Positions 50,088-61,675 of a stretch of DNA of 64,000 nucleotides are shown here, piece by piece. Position numbers and translations under genes: made by a program. This DNA is from Myxococcota bacterium (GTDB lineage: Bacteria; Myxococcota_A; UBA9160; UBA6930): NCBI GenBank assembly GCA_965223415.1, contig OZ245002.1, positions 4,576,001 to 4,640,000 on the forward strand. The letters are read 5' to 3'. Numbering within the stretch: position 1 is the first letter of the stretch; each line of letters begins with the position of its first letter. Under the pieces are notes generated by a model. That model was not told the DNA's origin. It saw only the letters and a list, made by a program, of their open reading frames with translations, and searched no databases.

Positions 50088-50684
50088 ATGCGGGTGACCG
50101 GAGGAGCGCTTGCGGGCCGGCGGATCGACGCGCCCCGTCGGGGAACGGTGCGTCCGACCGCCGACCGTGTGCGCGAGTCCCTGTTCATGCGGCTCGGGTC
50201 CCAGGAGGGAAGTCGGGTCCTCGACCTGTTCGCCGGGTCCGGCGCCCTCGGCATCGAGGCACTCTCCCGCGGCGCGACGAGTGTGGTGTTCGTCGATCGG
50301 ACGGCGGTCTGCGCGGCAACGATCCGTCGCAACCTCGAGGCGCTCGAGGTGGGGGATCGTGCGCGGGTGCTGCGCAGCCCGGTGAAGGCCGCGCTGCAAC
50401 GGCTGGCCCGGGAGCGCGCTCGCTTCGATCTCGTGCTCGTCGACCCGCCCTACGCGGCGGGCGAGGCCCAGGCCGTGCTCGAAGCCGTCGCCCGGGAGGG
50501 TCTGCTCGATCCCGCGGGAACGCTGGTGCTGGAGACCGATCGCCGGCATGATCCCGACCCGGTCGCCGGGCTGCGCCGCACCGACGAGCGGCGCTACGGT
50601 GACACGCAGCTCATCTGGTTCGCCCCGGAGGGCGACACCTCGCAGCGTGGGGGCAAGGGCCCAGCGCCGAGCGGGGACGGATGA
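50088..50684 (+). CDS. rsmD: 16S rRNA m2G966 methyltransferase
   Basis: MRVTGG...RPTADRVRESLF, LDLFAGSGALGIEALSRGA, DPPY; adjacent to coaD. Confidence 0.95.
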   Translation: MRVTGGALAGRRIDAPRRGTVRPTADRVRESLFMRLGSQEGSRVLDLFAGSGALGIEALSRGATSVVFVDRTAVCAATIRRNLEALEVGDRARVLRSPVKAALQRLARERARFDLVLVDPPYAAGEAQAVLEAVAREGLLDPAGTLVLETDRRHDPDPVAGLRRTDERRYGDTQLIWFAPEGDTSQRGGKGPAPSGDG

Positions 50685-50700
50685 GGATCGAAGGAGCAAC

Positions 50701-51198
50701 ATGAGCGACAACGGGGACCGGCTGGCCCTCTTCCCCGCGAGCTTCGACCCGGTAACGAACGGGCACCTCGACCTGGTGCACCGCGCGCGCCGTGTCTTCC
50801 CCGAGCTGGTGGTGGCCGTCGCTCACAACGTCGACAAGAGCGGCACCTTCACGGTGGAGCAGCGCCTCGAGATGCTCCACGACGCGATCGGTGACGTGCC
50901 GGGCGTCCGCATCACCTCCTTCGCCGGTCTGGTCGTCGACTACGCCGCCGAGATCGGCGCCAGCACGATGGTCCGGGGCCTGCGCGCGAACCAGGACTTC
51001 GAGTACGAGTTCGAGATGGCCCTGATGAACCGGCACATGAACCCGGACATCGAGACCCTCTTCCTGATGACCGGCCAGGAGTACTTCTACGTCAGCTCCT
51101 CGCGCCTGAAGGAGCTCGTCTCCTTCGGTACCGACGTGAGCGAGTGGGTCCCGCCCCTGGTCGAGAAGCGCCTCCGCGAGAGGTTCGGCAAGCTCTGA
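50701..51198 (+). CDS. coaD: pantetheine-phosphate adenylyltransferase
   Basis: FPASFDPVTNGHLD, VRGLR...DFEYEFEMALMNR, SSSRLKE. Confidence 0.97.
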   Translation: MSDNGDRLALFPASFDPVTNGHLDLVHRARRVFPELVVAVAHNVDKSGTFTVEQRLEMLHDAIGDVPGVRITSFAGLVVDYAAEIGASTMVRGLRANQDFEYEFEMALMNRHMNPDIETLFLMTGQEYFYVSSSRLKELVSFGTDVSEWVPPLVEKRLRERFGKL

Positions 51199-51340
51199 CC
51201 CGGGGGGCGGGATTCCCGCAGACCGTCCCGCCGCGGTCCGTTTCAGGACCCGCTCGACGGCGCCCCCTCGCCGGGTCCCGGGGGTTCGGTACCCTTTCGC
51301 CTTACGTGGTTGTTTTCCCTTGGCTTTCTCGGATCCCGGC

Positions 51341-52561
51341 ATGAGCGGGGCAGCGCGGTCCGGCCGTGTGCTGCTGGTGGTCGCCGGCGGCATCGCGGCC
51401 TACAAGATGCCGGAGCTGGTGCGCCAGCTGCGACGGGCGGGGCACACCGTGCGATGCGTGCTGAGCGAGGCGGCGGCCGCGTTCGTCTCGCCGCTGGTCC
51501 TCCAGACCCTCTCGGGGGCGCCAGTGCGAAGCGCGCTCTTCGACCCGGGGGAGGAGGGCGAGATCTCCCACATCGAGCTGGCAGACTGGGCGGACCTGGT
51601 GGTCGTCGCCCCAGCGACGGCGAATCGCCTGGCCAAGCTGGCCCAGGGCCTGGCCGACGACCTGGCTTCGACCCTGCTGCTCGCGACCCGCGCGCCGGTT
51701 CTCGTCGCCCCGGCCATGAACGTGAACATGTGGTCCCACCCGGCCACCCGGGCGAACGCCGCGCTCCTGCGGGAGCGCGGCGTGCACTTCGAGGGCCCGG
51801 AGGCCGGCGAGCTGGCCTGTGGCTGGGAAGGGGAGGGCCGCATGGCCGAGCCCGCCGCCATCGCCGGACACGCGGAGCTCCTGCTCGGCGGCGACGGCTG
51901 GCGCGGCGTGCGGGTGCTGGTGAGCGCTGGTGGCACCCGCGAGCCGATCGACGCGGTCCGTTCCATCACCAACCGTTCCAGCGGCAAAATGGGCTTCGCC
52001 CTGGCCGCCGAAGCCGCGCGCCGGGGGGCCGAGGTGTCGCTGGTGGCCGGCCCCTGCGCGCTCGCGACACCGCCCGGCGTGCGTCGCATCGACGTGGAGA
52101 CGGCCCTCGAGATGGCCGCCGCCGTCGACCGCGAGTTCGACGCCTGCCAGGTGGCGATCATGGCCGCTGCCGTGGCGGACTTCCGGCCCGAGGCGCCGTC
52201 CGCCCGCAAGATCAAGAAGGAGGCCCTGGCGCCCGGGGCGGGGCTGCGGATCGGGCTGGTTCCGAACCCCGACATCCTGGCGGGGATCAGCGCTCGGCGC
52301 GGCGAGCGGGTGGTGGTGGGCTTCGCCGCCGAGAGCCACGACGTGGCCGACGCGGCCCGCCGCAAGCTCGAGCGCAAGGGCTGCGATCTGCTCGTCGCCA
52401 ACGACATCTCCCGCAGCGACGCCGGCTTCGACACGGACACGAACGCCGTCACACTGGTTTCCCCGGGCGGCGAGCTGGACGAGCTGCCGCTCCTGCCCAA
52501 GGCCGAGGTGGCAGCGCGCATCCTCGACCGGGTCGAGAAGCTGCGCGGGAGAGGCGCGTGA
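51341..52561 (+). CDS. coaBC: phosphopantothenoylcysteine decarboxylase/ligase
   Basis: GGIAAYK, APATAN, PAMNVNM, GELACG..GEGRM, GGTREPID..NRSSGKMG, VGFAAE. Confidence 0.97.
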   Translation: MSGAARSGRVLLVVAGGIAAYKMPELVRQLRRAGHTVRCVLSEAAAAFVSPLVLQTLSGAPVRSALFDPGEEGEISHIELADWADLVVVAPATANRLAKLAQGLADDLASTLLLATRAPVLVAPAMNVNMWSHPATRANAALLRERGVHFEGPEAGELACGWEGEGRMAEPAAIAGHAELLLGGDGWRGVRVLVSAGGTREPIDAVRSITNRSSGKMGFALAAEAARRGAEVSLVAGPCALATPPGVRRIDVETALEMAAAVDREFDACQVAIMAAAVADFRPEAPSARKIKKEALAPGAGLRIGLVPNPDILAGISARRGERVVVGFAAESHDVADAARRKLERKGCDLLVANDISRSDAGFDTDTNAVTLVSPGGELDELPLLPKAEVAARILDRVEKLRGRGA

Positions 52562-52592
52562 GCCTGTGCATCGCCCCCTTCGGGAGCCGCTC

Positions 52593-53960
52593 GTGAGCCG
52601 TCGTCGCCGGGCGCGCATCGCGCTCTGGTCGCTCTGCCTGCTGCCCTGGCTCGGCCTGGGCGGGCTCGCGGGAGCCGACGAGCCCGCCCGGCGGGACTCG
52701 GGCCCGATCACCGTGGTGCGCATCGACGGCTCGATCAACCCGGCCAGCAGCGACCACCTGCAGCGCGCCATCGCCCAGAGCGAGGAGCTCGGCGCCCGGG
52801 CGCTGCTCCTCGAGCTTGACACGCCCGGCGGCCTGGTCACCTCCACCCAGGACATCATCCAGGCGATGCTGCGCTCGAAGGTGCCCATCATCGTCTTCGT
52901 CTCGCCCCAGGGCGCGTGGGCCGGCTCGGCCGGCACCTTCATCACCATCGCCGGTCACGTAGCGGCGATGGCGCCGGGCTCCACCATCGGCGCCGCCCAC
53001 CCGGTGGGCGTCGGTCCCGGCAGCGGCAGCCCCGAGAGCGAGGAGGGCAAGAGCGAGGACCACGCGGCCGCCAAGGCGGAGAACATGCTGACCGCCTTCA
53101 TCAAGGCGATCGCCGAGGAACGCGACCGCAACGTCGAGTGGGCCCAGGAGGCGGTCCGCGACTCCGTCGCCATCACCGCCGACCGGGCCGTCGAGCTGAA
53201 CGTGGTGGACTTGGTGGCGGACGACCGCGCCGACCTGTTCGAGAAGCTCGAGGGTCGGGAGATCCGGCTGGGCAACCAGTCCGTCGTCCTGTCCCTCGCG
53301 GGGGCCACGACCCAGGAGCTGCAGATGCCGCTCCTCACCCGCATCCTCGACGTGCTGGCCAGCCCGGACGTGGCGATCCTGCTCTTCATGGCCGGCGTGC
53401 TGGGCCTCTACGTGGAAATGAACCAGCCCGGCCTGATCGTGCCCGGGGTGGCCGGCGCCATCTGCCTGGTGCTGGCGCTGATCGCCTTCCAGATCCTGCC
53501 GTTCTCGTGGGCCGGCGTCCTGCTGATGCTGGTCGGCCTCGGCCTGATGGTGGCCGAGGCCTTCGTCGCGTCCTTCGGCCTGCTCTTCATCGCCGGGGCG
53601 GCCTGCATGCTGCTCGGCGGCTCGATGCTCTTCGACCGCCCGGAGCTCTCGGACCTGAACGTCTCGTTCTGGCCCGTGCTGGTGCCCGCCGTCGCCGGCA
53701 TGGCTGGGTTCGGCGCCCTGGTGGTGTGGGCCGTCGGGCGCTCGATGGGCCGCAAGCAGGAGTCGGGGACCTACGAGCTGGTCGGCATGGAGGGCGTGGC
53801 CCGCACCGCCATCGACCCGTCCGGTACGGTATTCATTCGCGGGGAGTACTGGAACGCCCGCGCCGACGAGCCGATCCCCGCCGATGCCCCGGTGGTGGCC
53901 GAGCGCGTCGACGGATTGATCCTGGTCGTCCGGCCCGCCGGGGCCCAGGACGCCGGGTAG
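52593..53960 (+). CDS. nfeD: NfeD/STOPP membrane-bound serine protease
   Basis: Signal peptide; LDTPGG, AGSAG, MAPGSTIGAAHPV; TM block; C-terminal OB fold (GEYWNA). Confidence 0.92.
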   Translation: MSRRRRARIALWSLCLLPWLGLGGLAGADEPARRDSGPITVVRIDGSINPASSDHLQRAIAQSEELGARALLLELDTPGGLVTSTQDIIQAMLRSKVPIIVFVSPQGAWAGSAGTFITIAGHVAAMAPGSTIGAAHPVGVGPGSGSPESEEGKSEDHAAAKAENMLTAFIKAIAEERDRNVEWAQEAVRDSVAITADRAVELNVVDLVADDRADLFEKLEGREIRLGNQSVVLSLAGATTQELQMPLLTRILDVLASPDVAILLFMAGVLGLYVEMNQPGLIVPGVAGAICLVLALIAFQILPFSWAGVLLMLVGLGLMVAEAFVASFGLLFIAGAACMLLGGSMLFDRPELSDLNVSFWPVLVPAVAGMAGFGALVVWAVGRSMGRKQESGTYELVGMEGVARTAIDPSGTVFIRGEYWNARADEPIPADAPVVAERVDGLILVVRPAGAQDAG

Positions 53961-54011
53961 CAGAGCAGCGAGCAGCAGCGCCGGGCGCGTTCCGGCCTTC
54001 GGGAGGGGAGC

Positions 54012-54794
54012 ATGGCACTTTCACCGCTGATCATCCTGGTCGGCATCGTCGCGTTCATCGGCGTCGCCGGCGTGCGCATCCTCCAGGAGTACGAGCGCGG
54101 CGTCATCTTCCGCTTCGGCCGCTACGCCGGGGTGAAGGAAGCGGGCATCCGCTGGATCATCCCCATGGTCGATCGCCTCGTGCGGGTGAGCCTGCGGGAG
54201 ATCGTGATGGACGTGCCGCCCCAGGAGGTGATCACCCGGGACAACGTCTCCGTGAAGGTCAACGCGGTGATCTACTTCCGCGTGCTGCACCCGGAGAAGG
54301 CGGTCATCCAGGTGGAGAACTACCTCTACGGCACCTCCCAGCTCTCCCAGACCACCCTGCGGAGCGTCTGCGGCCAGGCGGAGCTGGACCAGCTCCTGGC
54401 CGAGCGCGAGAACATCAACCGCCAGCTCCAGGAGATCATCGACCTCCAGACCGAGCCCTGGGGCGTGAAGGTGCGCGCCGTGGAGCTGAAGCAGATCGAC
54501 CTGCCGAGCGACATGCAGCGGGCCATGGCCAAGCAGGCCGAGGCCGAGCGCGAGAAGCGCTCGAAGATCATCCACGCCGAGGGCGAGGCCCAGGCCGCCG
54601 AGCGTCTGCAGGAGGCGGCCCGCGTGCTGTCCGCCGAGCCGGCGTCCCTGCAGCTCCGCTACCTGCAGACCCTCTCTGAGATCGCTACCGAGCACAGCTC
54701 GTCGATCGTCTTCCCCATCCCGATCGACATCCTGAAGCCCTTCTACGAGATGCAGGCCGTCGGCGGCGACGGCTCCGGCGAGGGGAACGGCTAG
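54012..54794 (+). CDS. slipin/stomatin-family SPFH protein
   Basis: [53 protein letters not shown]. Confidence 0.95.
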   Translation: MALSPLIILVGIVAFIGVAGVRILQEYERGVIFRFGRYAGVKEAGIRWIIPMVDRLVRVSLREIVMDVPPQEVITRDNVSVKVNAVIYFRVLHPEKAVIQVENYLYGTSQLSQTTLRSVCGQAELDQLLAERENINRQLQEIIDLQTEPWGVKVRAVELKQIDLPSDMQRAMAKQAEAEREKRSKIIHAEGEAQAAERLQEAARVLSAEPASLQLRYLQTLSEIATEHSSSIVFPIPIDILKPFYEMQAVGGDGSGEGNG

Positions 54795-55742
54795 ATGGCG
54801 AAGGGAGATGCGCCGGAGGAACGAGGGGCCGGACGTCTGATCCGGCGCTCCCTCACCCTCGTGATGCTGCTCGTCGGTCTCGGGGTCTGGGTGGCCTACA
54901 CCGGCACGTTTCAGCTCGCGCCGGGCGAAGAGGCGGTGATCCTGAGGCTCGGGGCCTTCCATCGGACGGTCACGTCCGAAGGCCTCGGTTTCCACCTGCC
55001 CGCGCCGATCGAGACCCACGACAAGGTCGAGACGGGCAAGATCCGCCGCGCCGAGTTCGGCGACGTCGACAAGCCGCTCGAGACCAAGGCCGAGACCGTC
55101 ATCCAGACCGGGGACAACGCCATCGTTCACCTGGAGTCGGTGGTTCGCTACCGGGTCGCCGACCCACGCCTCGCCCTCTATCGGGTCCGGGACGTCGAGG
55201 CGATGGTGCGGGACGCGGCCCAGGCCGCCATGCGTGAGGTGGTGGCGCGGAACAAGATCGATGGGGTGCTTTCCGAAGCCAAGTTCGCGGTGGAGGGGGA
55301 CGCGGCTGCCCTGCTGACGGAGCTGCTGACCCGGTACGAGACCGGCATCGAGGTCACCCAGGTCGAGCTCCAGGAGGTGCAGCCGCCGACCGAGGTGCGC
55401 GGCGCCTTCGACGACGTCGTGGCGGCCAACCAGGACAAGAACCGCCAGGAGAACGAGGCACGCGCCCACGCCAACGAGGTGCTTCCGCGCGCCCAGGCGA
55501 CGGCGGCGGAGCTCGTCGAGTCTGCCGAGGCCTACAAGCAGAGCCGCATCGCGGAGGCCGAGGGCGAGAACGCTCGCTTCCGCTCTCTGCTCGTCGAGTA
55601 CCGCAAGGCGCCCGAGATCACGCGGAAGCGGCTCTACCTGGAGACCATGGAAGCGGTGCTCTCGAAGTCCGAGAAGATCATCGTCGAGCCCGGTGCCGTC
55701 GTGCCCTACTTGCCCTTGGACCGGCTGGAGAAGGGGCGCTGA
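54795..55742 (+). CDS. hflK: FtsH modulator HflK
   Basis: TGDNAIV, VQPPTEVRGAFDDV, YRKAPEITRKRLYLETME. Confidence 0.92.
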   Translation: MAKGDAPEERGAGRLIRRSLTLVMLLVGLGVWVAYTGTFQLAPGEEAVILRLGAFHRTVTSEGLGFHLPAPIETHDKVETGKIRRAEFGDVDKPLETKAETVIQTGDNAIVHLESVVRYRVADPRLALYRVRDVEAMVRDAAQAAMREVVARNKIDGVLSEAKFAVEGDAAALLTELLTRYETGIEVTQVELQEVQPPTEVRGAFDDVVAANQDKNRQENEARAHANEVLPRAQATAAELVESAEAYKQSRIAEAEGENARFRSLLVEYRKAPEITRKRLYLETMEAVLSKSEKIIVEPGAVVPYLPLDRLEKGR

Positions 55743-56701
55743 TGAGACGGATCCTCCTACTTCTGTTCGTCGTTGCGCCGTTCGTGACGAGCTTCTTCGG
55801 ATTCGGGCCGCTGGTCCTGAACCGCGAAGGCGAGCAGAAGATCGCACTTCGCTTCGGTGATCCACGAGCCGTGATCACCGAGCCCGGCATCTCCCTCACC
55901 GAGCCAGTGACCGAGATCCGAACCTTCGACCGTCGCTGGCTCCATCTGAGCTCCGGGCCCGAGCCCAAGCCGATCCAGACCCGGGACCAGGAGCCGTTGG
56001 TGGTCGACAACTTCGCGATCTGGCGTATCAGCGACCCGCTCCAGTTCCACAAGAGCTTTCCCCAGGGCATCGAGGAAGCAGAACGCCAGCTCAACCAGGT
56101 GGTGAAGGGGCGGGTGCGCGAGGTGATCGGCCAGCTTCAGCTGGGCCAGGTGCTGGCCCGCGAGGTGCCGGAGATCGATCTCTCGGCGGCTCGCGAGATG
56201 GCTTGTCTTCCGACGCGCACGGACATCGACGGCAACGAGCTGCCCCTCAGCCTGACCGACGTGATCACCGCCCGCAGCTGCCAGGCGCTGGAGGGAACCG
56301 GTATCGAGCTGGCCGAGGTGCGGATCAACCGGACCGAGATCCCGGCGGGCGATCCCGAGGCCAAGGTGTACGACCGCATGCGCTCCGAGCGCCAGGAGCT
56401 GGCGAAGAAGTACCGCGCCGAGGGCGAGGAGCAGGCCCGCAAGATCCGCGCCGCGGCCGATCGCGACGCCGAGATCACGATCGAGCGCTCCCGGGCCGAC
56501 GCCACCCGCATCCGCGGCGAGGGCGATGCCGGGGCCGCAGGCGTCTACGCCGAGGCCTTCTCCGAGGATCCTGAGTTCTACGACTTCGTCCGCAGCCTCG
56601 AGGCCTACCGGAAGACCCTGGGCGAGGGCACCACGATGGTGCTGCCGCCGGATCACCCGTTCCTCGAGTTCCTCCAGTCCGGCGGCTCGGTGCGGCGCTG
56701 A
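55742..56701 (+). CDS. hflC: FtsH modulator HflC
   Basis: VYDRMRSERQ..A..YRAEGEE, DPEFYDFVRSLEAY; TGATG overlap with hflK. Confidence 0.92.
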   Translation: MRRILLLLFVVAPFVTSFFGFGPLVLNREGEQKIALRFGDPRAVITEPGISLTEPVTEIRTFDRRWLHLSSGPEPKPIQTRDQEPLVVDNFAIWRISDPLQFHKSFPQGIEEAERQLNQVVKGRVREVIGQLQLGQVLAREVPEIDLSAAREMACLPTRTDIDGNELPLSLTDVITARSCQALEGTGIELAEVRINRTEIPAGDPEAKVYDRMRSERQELAKKYRAEGEEQARKIRAAADRDAEITIERSRADATRIRGEGDAGAAGVYAEAFSEDPEFYDFVRSLEAYRKTLGEGTTMVLPPDHPFLEFLQSGGSVRR

Positions 56702-56716
56702 GCGGGCCGGGTCTCG

Positions 56717-57796
56717 CTACTGCGGGACCCGGGACAGGCGCCAGCTCCCCAGCGCGAAGAACACGATCAGCGTGAGCCAGGGGGCCAGGGCGGCGGAGAA
56801 CTCCCCCCGCGCGCCGAAGCTGGCGCCGTACTCCCGCACCAGCAGGAAGACGAAGAGCAGGCCCACCCCCTGGAGGGCGGGCAGGGCGAGGCTGCGGGTC
56901 TGCTCCACCGCCAGGCCGAGGGGGATGGCCAGCAGGGCGAAGAGGATCACCAGGAAGGGGACGGTGAGCCGACTGTGGAGGAGTGCGCGGGCGCGCCCCG
57001 GATTGCCCCCGTGGTTGAGCACCGCGGATACGTACTCGGCGAGGGTACCGAGGGGAAGGACGACCAGCTCCGCCTGTTGGAGGTGGGGCGGGCGGTCCTC
57101 GCCGAGCTCGAGCACGATGTCCGACGCCCGCTCGGTGACGGGCGGACGCTTCGCGTCCACCGGGTCGAAGGTGCGCACGGTTGCCCCGCGGAAGCGCCAC
57201 TCGTTGGGGGCGAGGCGGGCGGCTTCGCGGGCGTGGATCAGGCGGACGAGGCGGCCCGCCTCGTCGCGCTCGAAGACCCGCACGTCGCGCACCGTTTCGC
57301 CCTGGGGCCGTGGATCGCGGATGTTGTAGATGAAGCGGCCCGTGTGGTACCAGATCGTGCCCGAGCGCAGGGTCACTTCACCCACGGAAGACCCGCTGTT
57401 CGAGTTCAGGGCCCGCGCGGCGCGCAGGGCCACGGTTTCGTTCAGCACCAGGGCCAGGAGCGCGATGACCGCCGAGAGGGCGAAGATCGGCAGCAGGGCG
57501 CGCAGCGGTGACACCCCTCCGGCCTTCACGGCCACGATCTCGCGGTTCCGGGCCGCCTGCCCTACGGCGACGAAGGTGGCGGTGAAGGTGGCGACCGGGA
57601 TCAGGTAGGGAAGGTAAGTGGCCGCCGAGCGCTGCAGGAGCAGGCCGATCGCGCCGAGAACCGTCTCTTCGGCCTCGATCACGTCGCCGAGATTCAAGAG
57701 CATGTCGACGACGAGCAGAACGAGCGCGAGAATCAGCAGCGATCCGACGAAGGCCGTCAGGAAGCGCACAGCGAGATAGCGCCAGAGCGTGGGCAT
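56717..57796 (-). CDS. LptF/LptG-family LPS export permease
   Basis: TLWRYL N-terminus, three TM, EIVAVKAGGVS motif, periplasmic beta-jellyroll region, three TM. Confidence 0.88.
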   Translation of the reverse strand: MPTLWRYLAVRFLTAFVGSLLILALVLLVVDMLLNLGDVIEAEETVLGAIGLLLQRSAATYLPYLIPVATFTATFVAVGQAARNREIVAVKAGGVSPLRALLPIFALSAVIALLALVLNETVALRAARALNSNSGSSVGEVTLRSGTIWYHTGRFIYNIRDPRPQGETVRDVRVFERDEAGRLVRLIHAREAARLAPNEWRFRGATVRTFDPVDAKRPPVTERASDIVLELGEDRPPHLQQAELVVLPLGTLAEYVSAVLNHGGNPGRARALLHSRLTVPFLVILFALLAIPLGLAVEQTRSLALPALQGVGLLFVFLLVREYGASFGARGEFSAALAPWLTLIVFFALGSWRLSRVPQ

Positions 57797-57816
57797 CGGG
57801 CGCGGGAGTCTAGCGA

Positions 57817-58767
57817 TTGCGGGTGGTTCGAGGGAGTGAGGCGCTCGGCGAGCCTCTGGCGGGCTCGGTCCTGACTCCCGGCAACTTCGACGGCCTCCAC
57901 GTGGGCCACCGGGCGATCATGGACACGGTGATCTCCCGGGCCCGGGCGCTCGGCGGCGCGGCGGTGGTCTACACCTTCGATCCCCACCCCCGGAAGGTGC
58001 TCCACCCGGCCCGGGCACCCCGGCTGCTCACCACCCTGGAGCAGAAGCTGGAGCTGCTGGAGGCGCAGGGGGTCGACGTGGCGATCGTCGAGCCCTTCAC
58101 CCGGGAGTTCGCGCGCCTGCCGGCCGAGCGCTTCGCGCGGGAGGTCCTCCACGAGCGGGTCCGGCCCCGGGAGGTCTACGTCGGCTACGACTTCCACTAC
58201 GGCCGGGACCGGGAAGGGTCGATGCGCACCCTGACGGAGCTGGGTCCCCATCTGGGCTTCGCCGTGACCATCATCCCGGAGGTCACGGTGGGGGAGCGGG
58301 ACGTCAACTCCACACGGATCCGGATGCTGTTGGAGGAGGGCAAGGTGGAGGAAGTGGGGCTCCTGCTGGATCGGCCCTACACCGTGCGCGGACGCGTGGC
58401 GGTCGGCGACCGGCGCGGGCGCAGCCTGGGCTTTCCCACCCTGAACCTCGATCCCGAGAGCGAGATCCTGCCCGCCGCCGGCGTGTACGCCGGCCGCGTG
58501 CGCTTCCTGGACGAGGGAGAGCCCGGCTCGGGCAGCTCCTGGCCCGCGGTCACGAACGTGGGCCGCCGGCCCACCTTCAAGGCGGACGATCCGGTGCTCG
58601 CCGAGGCCCACCTGCTCGATTTCGAGGGCGACGTCTACGGCCGGCGCATCGACATGGGCTTCGAGCACTTTCTGCGGCCCGAGCAGAAGTTCGCCGACGT
58701 GGAGGCGTTGAAGGCTCAGATCCGCCGGGACGCGGACGCCGCGCGGGAACGCCTGGAATCCGCATGA
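57817..58767 (+). CDS. ribF: riboflavin kinase/FAD synthetase
   Basis: GNFDGLHVGH, TFDPHP, VGYDFHYG, NSTRIR, GRSLGFPTLN, NVGRRPTF, EAHLLDF. Confidence 0.97.
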   Translation: MRVVRGSEALGEPLAGSVLTPGNFDGLHVGHRAIMDTVISRARALGGAAVVYTFDPHPRKVLHPARAPRLLTTLEQKLELLEAQGVDVAIVEPFTREFARLPAERFAREVLHERVRPREVYVGYDFHYGRDREGSMRTLTELGPHLGFAVTIIPEVTVGERDVNSTRIRMLLEEGKVEEVGLLLDRPYTVRGRVAVGDRRGRSLGFPTLNLDPESEILPAAGVYAGRVRFLDEGEPGSGSSWPAVTNVGRRPTFKADDPVLAEAHLLDFEGDVYGRRIDMGFEHFLRPEQKFADVEALKAQIRRDADAARERLESA

Positions 58768-59849
58768 GCCAGGCCGCCTCCACCCGCGGTGCCGTTCGGC
58801 GCTGGGCCGATCCCCGCCTCTGGATCGGCCTGGTGATCACCGTGGTGGCGCTCGCTTTCGCCTTCCGCGACGTCGACTTCGCCGAGCTCGGCCGCCAGAT
58901 GGCCAGGGCGGACATGGCCTGGCTGCTGCTGCCGTCGGCGGCCGGCTACGTGCTCTGCGTGTGGAGCCGGGCCCTGCGTTGGCGGCACCTGCTGCGCGCC
59001 TTCGGGGCCATCGAGACCGGGCCGCTCTTCCGGGCCACGGCGGTCGGCTACATGGCCAACAACCTCTTCCCCTTCCGCCTCGGCGAGCTCGCGCGCTCCT
59101 GGTTCCTCGCGCGGGAGACCGGTACCTCCGGCGCCGCCGTCTTCGGCACCGTGATCGTCGAGCGGGTGATCGACGCGGTGGTCGTGCTGGCCCTGGCCGC
59201 CCTCGTGATCGGGAGCCAGGGCGCCCAGGCCACCGGCCTGGATGCTCGGCAGGCCCTCGTGGCCCTGTCGATCGTGGCCTCGGTCCCGCTGGTCGGGGTG
59301 GTGGCCCTGCGTCAGGCCCCGGACTTCTTCATCGGCCTGGTCCGCTGGGGGCTGGGCTGGGCCCCCCAGGGCCTGGTCGACCGGATCAGCCTGACCCTCG
59401 ACCAGATCGCCCAGGGGCTGCGCGGGATCCGGGATGGCCGGGACCTCTTCTGGGTCCTCTTCCACACGCTGACTTTCTGGCTGATCATCAACCTCGTTCC
59501 CTACTACGCGGCCCTCCGCTCCCTGGGGGTCGACCTCGGGGGCTTCCTGGCCGATCTCCACGGCGGGCTCTCGCTGATGGTGTGGGTGGGGGCAGCCGTG
59601 GCGCTGCCTTCCGCCCCGGGCTTCGCCGGGACCTACCACGCCGCCTGCCGGGCGGCCCTGGTCCCGCTCGGGGTGTCCGAGGAGGTGGCCCTGGCCCTCG
59701 GAACCCTGGCCCACATCGTCTTCTGGGTCACCCTGACCGCCCTCGGCCTGTCGGTGCTCCGCGTTCGCGGCACCCGGCTGGACGAGACCCTGGCCGGCGC
59801 CGAGGCCGAGGCCGGCGAGGCTCCCAGCCCGAGCGGGGCTCCGGAGTAA
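58764..59849 (+). CDS. UPF0104/lysylphosphatidylglycerol-synthase TM domain (flippase-like) protein
   Basis: RALRWRHLL, GYMANNLFPFRLGELAR, ERVID, PSAPGFAG. Confidence 0.88.
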   Translation: MSQAASTRGAVRRWADPRLWIGLVITVVALAFAFRDVDFAELGRQMARADMAWLLLPSAAGYVLCVWSRALRWRHLLRAFGAIETGPLFRATAVGYMANNLFPFRLGELARSWFLARETGTSGAAVFGTVIVERVIDAVVVLALAALVIGSQGAQATGLDARQALVALSIVASVPLVGVVALRQAPDFFIGLVRWGLGWAPQGLVDRISLTLDQIAQGLRGIRDGRDLFWVLFHTLTFWLIINLVPYYAALRSLGVDLGGFLADLHGGLSLMVWVGAAVALPSAPGFAGTYHAACRAALVPLGVSEEVALALGTLAHIVFWVTLTALGLSVLRVRGTRLDETLAGAEAEAGEAPSPSGAPE

Positions 59850-59874
59850 AGATCCCTCCGGGTCCCGCCGATAA
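59847..59874 (+). promoter_or_regulatory. sigma-28 (FliA/WhiG) promoter upstream of pilB
   Basis: TAAA-N16-GCCGATAA; both elements match the consensus exactly. Confidence 0.75.
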
Positions 59875-59966
59875 CCGGGCGGGTTCGCAGGGGTTTCCCA
59901 GGTGCGCAGGGGGCGGGGCAAGTCCGCGCCGGCACTGGGAATCGCGAAGCCGACGGGAGAACCGGG

Positions 59967-61667
<1,701 letters not shown>

Positions 61668-61675
61668 GAGCCACC

